A stretch of DNA of 54,079 nt from a virus (IMGVR_UViG_3300048999_000082:1-54079); one strand, 5' to 3'; numbered from the stretch's first letter, positions 18,260 through 27,340 are shown. A program made the numbers and translations. Notes: generated by a model from the sequence alone, not told the origin.

Positions 18260-20759
18260 CGAAAACTGCGATCTGTGCCGGTTACACGCCGGGGCCGATG
18301 GCAACGATCGTTGTGTGGTTGGACGAGGACCGGTGCCGGCGAAAATCGTCGTCGTCACCAAGGTTCCGTTGAGCAAGCGTGGACAAACTGAATTGAACGA
18401 TTATCTGACCACGGCTGGCATTGACCCGTCAGTCGTGGTTTTCACCGCAGCGTTAAAATGCCGTGCATGGGGGATAGAACCCAACAAGGCCGACATGAAA
18501 GCGTGCCGGTCATACCTTGATCAAGAATTGGAAATGATCAAGCCTAAATACATCATCGCGTTGGGCAACGAGGCGTTGTATTCGACCACCGGTAAATCAG
18601 GCATCATGAAATATCGGGGGCAAAAGTTCACGCACGCATGCCGCGCCATCGTCATACCCACGATCTCTCCCGCATCTGCCGCACGTAACCCCGGACAACG
18701 CGGGGGGTTGGTTGCTGATCTGAAATTCGTCGCTGACACCATCACGGGTCGACGCGACACCATGCAATATCTCGTACCCACACCTGACACGTACGTACCG
18801 GTGATGGACCGACCGACGTTGAAACGTATGCTGGCCGTTATCCAGTCATCCGATACGGTGTCGTTCGACATAGAAACCACCATGGGCCGTGAGACCGACG
18901 CTGACGCACACATCGTGTCGATCGCGATAACCACCCGCACGGGGGCCGATGACGCGTCAGCGATCGCCTGGGCCGTTCCTTTGTACCATCCGGAATCCCC
19001 GTTCCGGTCGGCATGGGAACGTGTGCTCGACATCATCGGGCAAGCCATCACCCGGATCACGGGTACGCCCCGAATTATAGCCCAGAACGGTAAATTCGAT
19101 CTGCGCTGGTGTCGGCATTTCTCATCGGTGTGGGGCGGTATCAAACTAACCTTTGATACTATCTTGGCCGCACATCTGTTGGACGAGAACCGTCCCAAAG
19201 GATTAAAGCCATTGGCGCAACAACTTCTCGGCGCCGAACCGTGGGGAATCGACACCCGTGACCTGTTGACCACACCCATCGCTGACGTACTGTGGTACAA
19301 CGCGCTCGATACGTGGCACACGTTAAGGTTGTCGGATGTGTTGAAACGTGACCTCATTAAACGGCCGCGTATCGCACGCATCTTTAAGTTCATCATGATG
19401 CCCGCATCGGAAGCGTTGACATTTTCCGAAGCAAAAGGCATTTGGGTCGACCGTGACCAGATGGAAAAAAACTGCGCCATCGCGGCAGCGAATCAAGCCG
19501 AGATCGAAACGTTGTTGTCGGTGTGGATTCCGCCATCCGAGGAATGGCCGGAGAAGATCAAGGCGGTTAATTACAACCCCTCAAATTTTCTGCGGTGGTG
19601 GTTGTTCGACCATCTGAATTTTCCGGTTATCGCACGGGGTAAGCAAAAAGATGATGGTTCACCCGGTGACCCGTCCGTGTCGGAATCAGTCATGTTCACG
19701 TTGGCTGAATTGCCCCATGCCGACGTGCCCCAGTTGTTGATCAAGCGGTCGTGGTGGAACAAATGCCAGACGTCATTCTTCAACCCGTACGCCGAACAAC
19801 TCGACGATGACGGATACATCCACACCAACTTCAAGTTGAACGGGACGACCACGGGCCGGTTGTCATCGGGTAAAGCCGACGAAGACAAATTGACCGCACG
19901 CAAACAAGAACGGGGAATGAACGCACAGCAAGTACCGCGTGACATTTTTGTGCGGGGTATCTTCGGTGCGCCACCGGGACGTAAATTCGTACAGGCGGAT
20001 TATTCACAGGTTGAATTGCGTACGGTGGCATTCGTCGCCCAAGAACGAAACATGCTGCACCATTACAACACCGGCCAGGATTTGCACATGGCTATGGCTA
20101 TGCGCATGACCGGAAAACCCCGTGAGAAAATCACCAAGGAAGAACGTAAGGCGGCCAAGCCGGTGAACTTCGGATTCCTGTATGGCATGAACTGGGCGAA
20201 ATTCATTGAGACCGCGTGGACGCAATATCAAGTGCATTTCACGGAGGAACAAGCCAAGGCAGCCAAACGGGCATTCTTTGAAATGTGGTCGGATCTCCCC
20301 GCGTGGCACAACAAACAACGCCGACTGGTCCGTAAATACGCACGGGTCGAATCGCCCATCGGCCGTATCCGTCACCTCCCCGATATCCGTTCGGCCGATG
20401 AAGGAGTACGGGCGGAAGCCGAACGGCAAGCCATCAACTCACCCATTCAATCGTTCGCGTCTGACATGGCGTTGCTGGCATTGACCATTTTGCATGACCT
20501 GTTCATCACCCACGATATCGACGGTCATATCGTGGGTACGGTGCATGACGCGATCAACTTTGATATCGCTGACCACGATCTCGCCCGTGCGCTACCGTTG
20601 ATCAAGGACACCATGGAGAATCTCCCACTCCGCCGTTTGTTTGGCGTCAATCTCACGGTCCCGATTGTCGCGGATGTATCCGTGGGTACACGATGGGGCG
20701 GCGCACGCGAATTGACACCCGCTGAAGTTTACGATTACCGAGGAGAAATGGCCGCATGA
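18231..20759 (+). CDS. polA: family A DNA polymerase with N-terminal family-4 UDG-like domain and 3'-5' exonuclease
   Basis: CDLC...KC...C Fe-S ligands and IIALG; ExoI DIET, ExoII NGKFD, ExoIII YNALD; TGRLSS, DYSQVELR, KPVNFGFLYG, TVHD. Confidence 0.95.
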   Translation: MTRTLSILRDENCDLCRLHAGADGNDRCVVGRGPVPAKIVVVTKVPLSKRGQTELNDYLTTAGIDPSVVVFTAALKCRAWGIEPNKADMKACRSYLDQELEMIKPKYIIALGNEALYSTTGKSGIMKYRGQKFTHACRAIVIPTISPASAARNPGQRGGLVADLKFVADTITGRRDTMQYLVPTPDTYVPVMDRPTLKRMLAVIQSSDTVSFDIETTMGRETDADAHIVSIAITTRTGADDASAIAWAVPLYHPESPFRSAWERVLDIIGQAITRITGTPRIIAQNGKFDLRWCRHFSSVWGGIKLTFDTILAAHLLDENRPKGLKPLAQQLLGAEPWGIDTRDLLTTPIADVLWYNALDTWHTLRLSDVLKRDLIKRPRIARIFKFIMMPASEALTFSEAKGIWVDRDQMEKNCAIAAANQAEIETLLSVWIPPSEEWPEKIKAVNYNPSNFLRWWLFDHLNFPVIARGKQKDDGSPGDPSVSESVMFTLAELPHADVPQLLIKRSWWNKCQTSFFNPYAEQLDDDGYIHTNFKLNGTTTGRLSSGKADEDKLTARKQERGMNAQQVPRDIFVRGIFGAPPGRKFVQADYSQVELRTVAFVAQERNMLHHYNTGQDLHMAMAMRMTGKPREKITKEERKAAKPVNFGFLYGMNWAKFIETAWTQYQVHFTEEQAKAAKRAFFEMWSDLPAWHNKQRRLVRKYARVESPIGRIRHLPDIRSADEGVRAEAERQAINSPIQSFASDMALLALTILHDLFITHDIDGHIVGTVHDAINFDIADHDLARALPLIKDTMENLPLRRLFGVNLTVPIVADVSVGTRWGGARELTPAEVYDYRGEMAA

Positions 20760-21223
20760 AGATCGTACCGTCCGGGGTAGAGGGTATGCCCCTTGAAGGA
20801 ATTCACGGCCGAGATTGTGTGGTGTGTGACGAGTTTCGGAAAGCCGCAAGATATCTACGTTGTCCCGCCTGTGGAAGGTTGTTGAGCATGACCGATACAC
20901 CCGTCAGCGATCGCGTCGATGATCTGGTAAAAGCATTCAACATCGCCATCGAAAAGGTACGAGAAAACATTCAATCCTTCGGTGAGTCCGTGACCAATGC
21001 GACCCCCCGCCAAACGCCGGTAGATCCGATCAATCACCCATGGCCAGCCGATGACGCAGGTTTTGGCGTCACACTCCCCAATGGCGGATACAAAACGTAC
21101 GGGTCAGTGTATGAGATGGCAGCCGACATCCAGCGGTTGGAAGCGTTGGTTGACGACATGGACGATCATCTCGACCGCATCCGTCATATGGTCGACAATT
21201 CATCCGCGCGAATTGCCACCTGA
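20756..21223 (+). CDS. hypothetical protein with Cys motifs
   Basis: CVVC, CPAC; ATGA coupling. Confidence 0.65.
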   Translation: MKIVPSGVEGMPLEGIHGRDCVVCDEFRKAARYLRCPACGRLLSMTDTPVSDRVDDLVKAFNIAIEKVRENIQSFGESVTNATPRQTPVDPINHPWPADDAGFGVTLPNGGYKTYGSVYEMAADIQRLEALVDDMDDHLDRIRHMVDNSSARIAT

Positions 21224-21226
21224 CCC

Positions 21227-22279
21227 ATGGCTCTTTACGAAACCGATGACGGCGCACCGGTCACAACGAACTCAATGATCAAATCGTTTCGTAGGTGTCC
21301 CAAGCAGGCACAGTACAAATACGCCGAGCGGTTGAAGCCTCGGATGGAAACATCCGCGCCGTTGAAACGTGGTGTGTGGATGCACGAGTTGTTGGAGGCG
21401 TATTACAAGGGAGAGGATTGGAAAGCGATCCACACCCACAATACCGCTCGGTACGCAAACCTGTTCGATGAAGAAAAAGAAAAATTGGGCGATCTTCCGC
21501 GTGAATGCATGACGTTGATGCGGTCATACCTGTGGCATTACGGCGCCAACGCCGATGACCCGTACCACGGGTGGAAAATTCACGAGGTTGAATTGACGTT
21601 GGAAGCCGCATTGCCCAACGGCCACGTGCTCCGGGGTCGCATGGATTTGCTGATTGAAGACGAGTACGGGTTGTGGATCGAGGACCACAAAACCCACAAG
21701 GTGTTACCCGATTTCAATTCACGGTTACTCGATTCACAGTCGGCAATTTACCTATGGCTAGCGTGGAAAAATAAGATCCCGGTACAAGGATTCATCTGGA
21801 ATTATCTTCGGACCAAACCACCGGCAAAGCCAACGTTGTTGAAGGATGGTTCGCGGTTGTCCAAGGTTGCCGTCGAAACAGATTACCCGACGTATTACCG
21901 TGCGTTGAAGGAATACGGTTTGCTGGGTGACGAACGGTATGCCGGCAAATTGCAAGCGTTGAAAGAACAACGGTGGGAACACGGCAAGATTCAGTCATCC
22001 CCATTTTTCCAGCGACACGTTTTGGAAAAGCATCCGGACATGGTCAAGCGCGTTGTGCGTGAAGCAATGAACACGTCCGAGCGAATGCACGGCTATGATT
22101 TTTCAGACCATAATCGGGTTGAACGTGTGCCCGATCGATCATGCCGCTGGATGTGTTCGTACAACCAGTTGTGTGAGGTCGAATTGTTCGACGGAAATGC
22201 AGCCAGCATTCGTCGTCAACAATTCAAGGTCGGGGACCCGTTGGACTATTACGGCGAACCAAAAGAGGTGACTGAATGA
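21227..22279 (+). CDS. Cas4/RecB-like PD-(D/E)XK exonuclease
   Basis: S...F..CP, G..MH..LE, GRMDL, EDHKT, Q..IY, and C-x3-C-x5-C C-terminal ligands. Confidence 0.9.
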   Translation: MALYETDDGAPVTTNSMIKSFRRCPKQAQYKYAERLKPRMETSAPLKRGVWMHELLEAYYKGEDWKAIHTHNTARYANLFDEEKEKLGDLPRECMTLMRSYLWHYGANADDPYHGWKIHEVELTLEAALPNGHVLRGRMDLLIEDEYGLWIEDHKTHKVLPDFNSRLLDSQSAIYLWLAWKNKIPVQGFIWNYLRTKPPAKPTLLKDGSRLSKVAVETDYPTYYRALKEYGLLGDERYAGKLQALKEQRWEHGKIQSSPFFQRHVLEKHPDMVKRVVREAMNTSERMHGYDFSDHNRVERVPDRSCRWMCSYNQLCEVELFDGNAASIRRQQFKVGDPLDYYGEPKEVTE

Positions 22280-22587
22280 CCGAGCCAGACCCCGCAAACA
22301 ACCCGCTGACCCGCGAACAATGGGCAGCCATCCGTCCGGACATGGAACGACTGGCACCAATAGACGATGAAACCCAGTTCATCAAGCATCCGCAGTTCGC
22401 GACCACACCGAAGCACGATGACCCAGACGGGTCGCTGGCGGACACACGAGGCCGTACAACGGTCCGATCCAACCGCCCGGTACATGGTGAACCGGTGGCG
22501 TCCGTTGGTGTGGTGTGGTTCGTTTCAGGCACCATCTTTGGTGCGTTCATCATGCTCGCGGGGGTGGTGGTTGCGCATTTCATGTGA
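22276..22587 (+). CDS. membrane protein
   Basis: C-terminal TM helix; ATGA coupling. Confidence 0.65.
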   Translation: MTEPDPANNPLTREQWAAIRPDMERLAPIDDETQFIKHPQFATTPKHDDPDGSLADTRGRTTVRSNRPVHGEPVASVGVVWFVSGTIFGAFIMLAGVVVAHFM

Positions 22588-22622
22588 CCGACGGATGATG
22601 ATCAACCCGCGAGAGGAGTCGA

Positions 22623-23432
22623 ATGGCAGTAAAAGACTACATGGCGATTGCCAAGGCAAAAATCCATCGCCCGTCATCGGTCACGCGTCCGCCCCGCATC
22701 TTAGTTTATGCGCGGAACAAAAAGGGTAAGACGCAATTCTGTACCACACCCGGCAAGGGTAAAGTGTTGATTATCGATCCGGAGAACGGCACGGACTCGA
22801 TGAAAAAACTCGATCCGCATGTGTGGGCAATTGACCGGTGGGAAGAGATGGACGATATCTTGAAATACCTGCGCACCGGAAAACACCCGTACGAGTGGGT
22901 GGCGGTTGACGGTATGACCAAGATTGCCAACATGGCTCTCAAGTGGGTGATGGGCCAAGCTGAAAAAACCGATCTCGATCGGAAACCCGGAATGGTCCAG
23001 TTGAAGGATTATGGTAAATCAGGAGAAATCCTAAAGACCATGATTCATCAATTCCGGATGTTGCCCATCGGCGTTATCTTCACGTCCCAAGAAAGGGCGA
23101 TGGACGCACCCGCCTCCGGAGATGATGACGAAGATTCGGAAGACGCGGCCATCGCGTATGTTCCGGATTTGCCGAAGGGCGCACGGGGGGAATTGAATTC
23201 AGCGGTGGACGTGATTGGCCGGTTGTACACAGTCAAGATTGTCAAGAAATTCCGTCACCCGATCACAAAAAAGGTTGTCGAGAAGGAGGTATTGCAACGG
23301 CGTTTGTGGTTGGAGCCCAACATTATGTACGACACGGGTTATCGTTCCGATTACCGATTGCCCGCGTACATGGAGGATCCGACCGTACCAAGTTTGGTTC
23401 AATTGATCAATGAAGGAAAGGTTACCAAGTAA
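22623..23432 (+). CDS. AAA_24 / Sak4-like ATPase (recombination)
   Basis: YARNKKGKT, IIDPENG, VAVDG; sits between the exonuclease and the SSB. Confidence 0.85.
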   Translation: MAVKDYMAIAKAKIHRPSSVTRPPRILVYARNKKGKTQFCTTPGKGKVLIIDPENGTDSMKKLDPHVWAIDRWEEMDDILKYLRTGKHPYEWVAVDGMTKIANMALKWVMGQAEKTDLDRKPGMVQLKDYGKSGEILKTMIHQFRMLPIGVIFTSQERAMDAPASGDDDEDSEDAAIAYVPDLPKGARGELNSAVDVIGRLYTVKIVKKFRHPITKKVVEKEVLQRRLWLEPNIMYDTGYRSDYRLPAYMEDPTVPSLVQLINEGKVTK

Positions 23433-24025
23433 TGGCAACACGTGCCCGTACCACAACCGCCGCACGCAAACCGGCCGCCAAGGCAGCGCCGGCAGCCACA
23501 CCGAAGAACGGTGCGACGAAAAAGCCGTTGGATTTTACCAACGTTAAGGAAGCCGGTAATTTCTCACCGAAACACAAGACCGAGGGCGATTACCTCGGCA
23601 AGATTGTCAAGGTCGAGGATTCCGAATCCAAGGCCGGAAATGCGATGTGGGTATTCACCATCGTGCTCGCGTCCGACGCTCGGGCGACGTACCCGTACTA
23701 TTGCACGCTAGATGAAAAGTCGTTGTGGAAGGTTCGCGCACTGATCGAGGCCACCGGAAAGCCGGTCCCGAAAAAGCGCATCATGGTCGACCCCAATGGC
23801 CTCGTCGGAAAAGAAATCGGCGTGGCCCTCGAGGACGACGAATACGAGGACAAGGTCCGTTCCAAGGTCCAAGCCACATTCCCCACCGATGAACTCTCCG
23901 GTGACGAGCCCGATGACGCGGGCGATGATGACGAAGATCCGGTCGATGACGAAGATCCCATCGATGATGACGAAGAAGTCGACGGGGACGACGATCTCGA
24001 AGAAATGGAACTGGACGATCTGTAA
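23432..24025 (+). CDS. DUF669-like single-stranded DNA-binding protein
   Basis: EGDY..KI..VE..ESKAGNAM, LWK, LVGK...Y motifs; long acidic tail. Confidence 0.8.
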   Translation: MATRARTTTAARKPAAKAAPAATPKNGATKKPLDFTNVKEAGNFSPKHKTEGDYLGKIVKVEDSESKAGNAMWVFTIVLASDARATYPYYCTLDEKSLWKVRALIEATGKPVPKKRIMVDPNGLVGKEIGVALEDDEYEDKVRSKVQATFPTDELSGDEPDDAGDDDEDPVDDEDPIDDDEEVDGDDDLEEMELDDL

Positions 24026-24054
24026 TTGACATCGTCCCACGTGTCACATATATT
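24026..24054 (+). promoter_or_regulatory. near-consensus SigA promoter
   Basis: TTGACA-17 nt-TATATT. Confidence 0.8.
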
Positions 24055-24060
24055 GGGTGA

Positions 24061-24142
24061 ACACGTGGGTGCGTGTGCCGGTGAAAAGACCCGGTCGGTC
24101 GGGGTCCTCTGTTTCCTTTCCCCCGATCGGCTGGGTCTTTTC
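24061..24142 (+). ncRNA. candidate sRNA of about 82 nt: 5' hairpin plus 22-bp terminator hairpin
   Basis: Starts at the predicted TSS; ACACGT/GCGTGT hairpin; stem 24083-24104 pairs with 24121-24142 using three G-U pairs specific to the + RNA; loop UCCUCUGUUUCCUUUC. Confidence 0.55.
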
Positions 24143-24161
24143 CGTACCCATTGGAGAATTA

Positions 24162-24413
24162 ATGCCCGCCACACCCCATGAAATGCCCGTGCCGCGAGAC
24201 ATCGGTCCGGTGTTCGAGATTGTGTTCAAGACTGAATGCGCCGATTGCATGTTGACCCTGTGGCCCGGTCAACCGGCGCGATACGTCGATGGCGACATCT
24301 GCTGTATCGGGTGCGTGAATGACACGGCAACAATCGCCCGACCCGCCCGTACGTGCCCCACGTGTTTTCAGACATACTCCACAACCGGCGTATGCGGATG
24401 TGATCCATCGTGA
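24162..24413 (+). CDS. Cys-rich zinc-binding protein
   Basis: CADC, CCIGC, CPTC, CGC; GGAG RBS. Confidence 0.7.
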   Translation: MPATPHEMPVPRDIGPVFEIVFKTECADCMLTLWPGQPARYVDGDICCIGCVNDTATIARPARTCPTCFQTYSTTGVCGCDPS

Positions 24414-24712
24414 CCAGCCAACCGGAATCACGGCTGTCACGGTCCATCATGGACGCTCTCACGGCACGGGGGGCATTCGTATGGAAAAACCACGGCAGCG
24501 CGTTCATGATGGCTGGGTTGCCGGATATCGTCGGGGTGTACCGGGGTCGGTTCCTGGCCATTGAAACCAAGATGCCGGGTGGTCAACCATCCATCGTACA
24601 GGTACGCGTGATGGGTAAGATTCGATATGCGGGGGGTGCGGTCATGGTCGCCCAATCCATCAAAGAAGCCATGACGATTATTGACGAGATCGACGCGTTA
24701 ATTTCGGGCTAA
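24410..24712 (+). CDS. VRR-NUC nuclease (Holliday-junction resolvase type)
   Basis: ES.L, GLPDI, FLAIETK, S..Q motifs. Confidence 0.9.
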   Translation: MTSQPESRLSRSIMDALTARGAFVWKNHGSAFMMAGLPDIVGVYRGRFLAIETKMPGGQPSIVQVRVMGKIRYAGGAVMVAQSIKEAMTIIDEIDALISG

Positions 24713-24768
24713 ACAAAACCCCCGTCGCAACCAATACGGATTCCACTCCGCGCGACGGGGGTTTCGTT
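24712..24768. terminator. bidirectional terminator between convergent operons
   Basis: AAACCCCCGTCGC...GCGACGGGGGTTT with inner CGGA/TCCG hairpin. Confidence 0.75.
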
Positions 24769-24851
24769 CGAACATTTAACCCGAGGATCGTTTTCCCTTG
24801 CCCACCCCGGAACATTCGATTTTTTCACTCGCACTGCGATGATATCAAACG

Positions 24852-25079
24852 TCATGGCCTCCGGAAATATTTGACCGGAGCGGTGACCGTCTTGCCCCCG
24901 CCACCGGCACCCGATGACAGTTTTGGGATTCCCGGGATGCGGGTAATGGTTGAAGACACCCCCGTGATGACCGTGCGGTTTTTGTTGGTCCGGATAGCCG
25001 TGATGAGGTAAAGCACATCGCCCGGACCGATGACGTTTTCTCCGACAGCGAACGGTTTGGGCGCGACCGGAACAGCCAT
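24852..25079 (-). CDS. hypothetical protein
   Basis: GGAGG RBS; last gene of the leftward accessory operon. Confidence 0.65.
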   Translation of the reverse strand: MAVPVAPKPFAVGENVIGPGDVLYLITAIRTNKNRTVITGVSSTITRIPGIPKLSSGAGGGGKTVTAPVKYFRRP

Positions 25080-25080
25080 G

Positions 25081-25470
25081 TTAACCTCCAGCGTTGTACG
25101 TACGGACCATTCCCGGGATCAGGAATGCGTCCACGATGAGCCACACCAACGTAACCGGATATCCCACGAGAGACAACGTGCACAGCAGCATCGCGATTCC
25201 TGTGCCTGTCTTTCCCAGGTAGAACCGGTGAATTCCGAGAGCCGACAGGAAAAACCACAGTACATACGCGATGGCGATCTCTTTCGGCGGCTGCGTCCGC
25301 AGAACAAGGTGAGTCCCAGCGGACACCGGCCCGCTCATGTGATACACGGGCTCTTCGTGGAAATGACGGTTCGGAAACTCGTCGGTGTGGACACGAGGAT
25401 CCGGGAAACGGGTTGAGTAGGTCCACCCACCAAATCCGTCACGGTTGGGGACGTTGGGTACGGTCATCAC
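25081..25470 (-). CDS. TM2 (NINE)-domain membrane protein
   Basis: AYVLWFFLSALGIHRFYLGKTGTG. Confidence 0.9.
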   Translation of the reverse strand: MMTVPNVPNRDGFGGWTYSTRFPDPRVHTDEFPNRHFHEEPVYHMSGPVSAGTHLVLRTQPPKEIAIAYVLWFFLSALGIHRFYLGKTGTGIAMLLCTLSLVGYPVTLVWLIVDAFLIPGMVRTYNAGG

Positions 25471-26048
25471 GGTTCCTTTGTTTCGAAGGTGTTGGTACGG
25501 TGACCCGCGACCAACTCAATGTGTGCTTTGACATCCCTGATGGTAATCCACACCGATGATGCTTGTGGCTTATGCCATGCGCGCAATTCCATGGTCTTCG
25601 GCCCGGTGACCTTTCCCCGCAATGCAACGAACGACTCACCACGCCGGGTACTGCCGGCCTTGACGATACGTATGAGGTATTCATTGCCGGCTTCGTTGCC
25701 GTCAGGATTGGGTGTGAATTCCACAGACATCCCGCCAATGTCCCAGGCGGTACGAACGTACGGAACCATCCGCGCCGGAACGTCGGTCAGGTCGGCATCG
25801 GACGCCAACCGGCGCATTTTACCGGCTGTCGTGGCCGTAGCCCGACGTTTACGCCCCACCGGTTCCGTTACCACGGTGTGCGTGTCCGTCGTCTTACGGG
25901 CCGGCTGACGGGCCTTTGTACCACCCGAGGTCACGGCCATGGCCCGTTCGGCATTCGGCTGCGTTCCCCCGCCCGCCTTCCGGCACGCCGCACGACCCGC
26001 AGGTGTGGCCGGGTGATTGTGTCCTGCATGGCTCATGACCATGATCAA
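25467..26048 (-). CDS. hypothetical protein with N-terminal His/Cys motif
   Basis: SHAGHNHPATPAGRAACRK. Confidence 0.75.
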   Translation of the reverse strand: MIMVMSHAGHNHPATPAGRAACRKAGGGTQPNAERAMAVTSGGTKARQPARKTTDTHTVVTEPVGRKRRATATTAGKMRRLASDADLTDVPARMVPYVRTAWDIGGMSVEFTPNPDGNEAGNEYLIRIVKAGSTRRGESFVALRGKVTGPKTMELRAWHKPQASSVWITIRDVKAHIELVAGHRTNTFETKEP

Positions 26049-26326
26049 TTTCCTTCCGTGTAATCGGGTGATGCGGGAAAGTTCGCGAGCCGTTCCCGTG
26101 CACGTGCGGCGGCCGGCATAGCCGCGAACCGTGCCGTGTTCAATACCTTCACCAATGCCTCCGTCTGGTCCGGGGTCAACGCCATCGGCGCGATGACCAC
26201 ACCCCCGTCAGGCAATCCGCCATCAAATGACGGACCCGTCACCGTGAGGGTGATGGACCCGGCCAGCAATACGGCGACCTCAATGGACCCAGCCACCCCC
26301 GTAATCGTTTCGCGGTACATGATCAT
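26045..26326 (-). CDS. hypothetical protein
   Basis: GAAAGGA RBS; ATGA coupling (MIMYRETI...). Confidence 0.65.
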   Translation of the reverse strand: MIMYRETITGVAGSIEVAVLLAGSITLTVTGPSFDGGLPDGGVVIAPMALTPDQTEALVKVLNTARFAAMPAAARARERLANFPASPDYTEGN

Positions 26327-26721
26327 TTTCCTTTCGGTGCGCGGGGGCGGGATTTTTTGACCGGCAGGTCCATCGGGTACGCGTCCAGGTTGCGGTAATA
26401 CACGCCAGTCACGGTCACCGATGCGCGACACCGTTCGCGATCGCGCGGCGTGGCCAGGTGCAGGTGATCCGCGTGGCGGGTGTACGTTTTCGCAACCGTG
26501 TCGGTGTGGCCAACCACGATGTCTTCCGCCGGGTTGGACCCGATGCACACCAGGCACGCGTCCCGGTCCGGATGAACGGCCGGCAACGCATCGTGACCCT
26601 GGTCCGAATGGGCATTTTCCCAACCCGCGTAATCGAAACACGGGTCGCACAGGTCGGAATTCAAACCGGCCGCACGAGACGGTCGCCGGGCGCCACAGGC
26701 GACGCACATTTTGCGAGCCAT
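26323..26721 (-). CDS. multi-zinc-motif protein
   Basis: CVAC, CDPC, ENAHSD.GH, CLVC, HADHLHLATPRDRERCR. Confidence 0.75.
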   Translation of the reverse strand: MARKMCVACGARRPSRAAGLNSDLCDPCFDYAGWENAHSDQGHDALPAVHPDRDACLVCIGSNPAEDIVVGHTDTVAKTYTRHADHLHLATPRDRERCRASVTVTGVYYRNLDAYPMDLPVKKSRPRAPKGK

Positions 26722-26723
26722 GA

Positions 26724-27032
26724 TCAACGCACCCCGCGAACACGCCGCACAACGGTGACGGTGGACCGGTTGCAGCACACGGTGACAGCGTCCGAGGTTG
26801 TCAGCGCGGGAACGTACAGGGGCGGGGCCACCAACCCGCATGACGGGCATTCGATGATCGACAGGGCCGACCCGGTCGCCGCGCGCATCGCAACCCGTCC
26901 GGCGACGTAATGCGGGTTGTCAGCCAGGGTGCGGGTCGGATTTTCCGTGGACCACGCGGCGGTCCGGATCGATGCCGCCAAGGCGGCCGCAATGTCCGGC
27001 GTGATCGGTTCGAGGGTGCGCGCAACGGTCAT
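26724..27032 (-). CDS. hypothetical zinc-ribbon protein
   Basis: GGAG RBS; CPSC...CC. Confidence 0.6.
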   Translation of the reverse strand: MTVARTLEPITPDIAAALAASIRTAAWSTENPTRTLADNPHYVAGRVAMRAATGSALSIIECPSCGLVAPPLYVPALTTSDAVTVCCNRSTVTVVRRVRGVR

Positions 27033-27034
27033 GA

Positions 27035-27226
27035 TCAGTTCTCCACGGTCATCGTGTCGGTGGGGCGGACCAACATGTCCGCGCCGTTGTCTTGAAATTT
27101 GATCCGCAGCCGGCCGACCATAGCCGGTTCGGTGTCGTACACGTACCGCCCGGTCACCAGGTCGCCGGATTTGAGGGAGTACGCCGGAACGGTGAACCCG
27201 GTCGGTGCGGTGCGTGTCGTGGTCAT
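27035..27226 (-). CDS. small hypothetical protein, probably leaderless
   Basis: PAYSLKSGDLV SH3-like pattern; ATG 6 nt after the -10 box. Confidence 0.7.
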   Translation of the reverse strand: MTTTRTAPTGFTVPAYSLKSGDLVTGRYVYDTEPAMVGRLRIKFQDNGADMLVRPTDTMTVEN

Positions 27227-27232
27227 GGGACC

Positions 27233-27262
27233 ATCGTACGGTCAAACCTCGATCAATGTCAA
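27233..27262 (-). promoter_or_regulatory. SigA promoter, leaderless transcript
   Basis: TTGACA-18 nt-TACGAT-GGTCCC-ATG. Confidence 0.75.
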
Positions 27263-27311
27263 GGTTTTCACCTCATCCGTTTGGACAATTTATCGAGGTT
27301 TCCGGTCACAC

Positions 27312-27340
27312 AAAAACCCCCGCCCGGTTGGACGAGGGTT
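27312..27340 (-). terminator. intrinsic terminator
   Basis: Minus strand AACCCTCGTCC-AACC-GGGCGGGGGTTTTT. Confidence 0.7.

Noticed and set aside
21227-22279. CRISPR-associated Cas4
   Set aside because: Sits in an exonuclease-ATPase-SSB recombination module with no other cas genes
24770-24850. tRNA or other structured RNA in intergenic gaps (also 7080-7180)
   Set aside because: No cloverleaf or T-loop consensus visible
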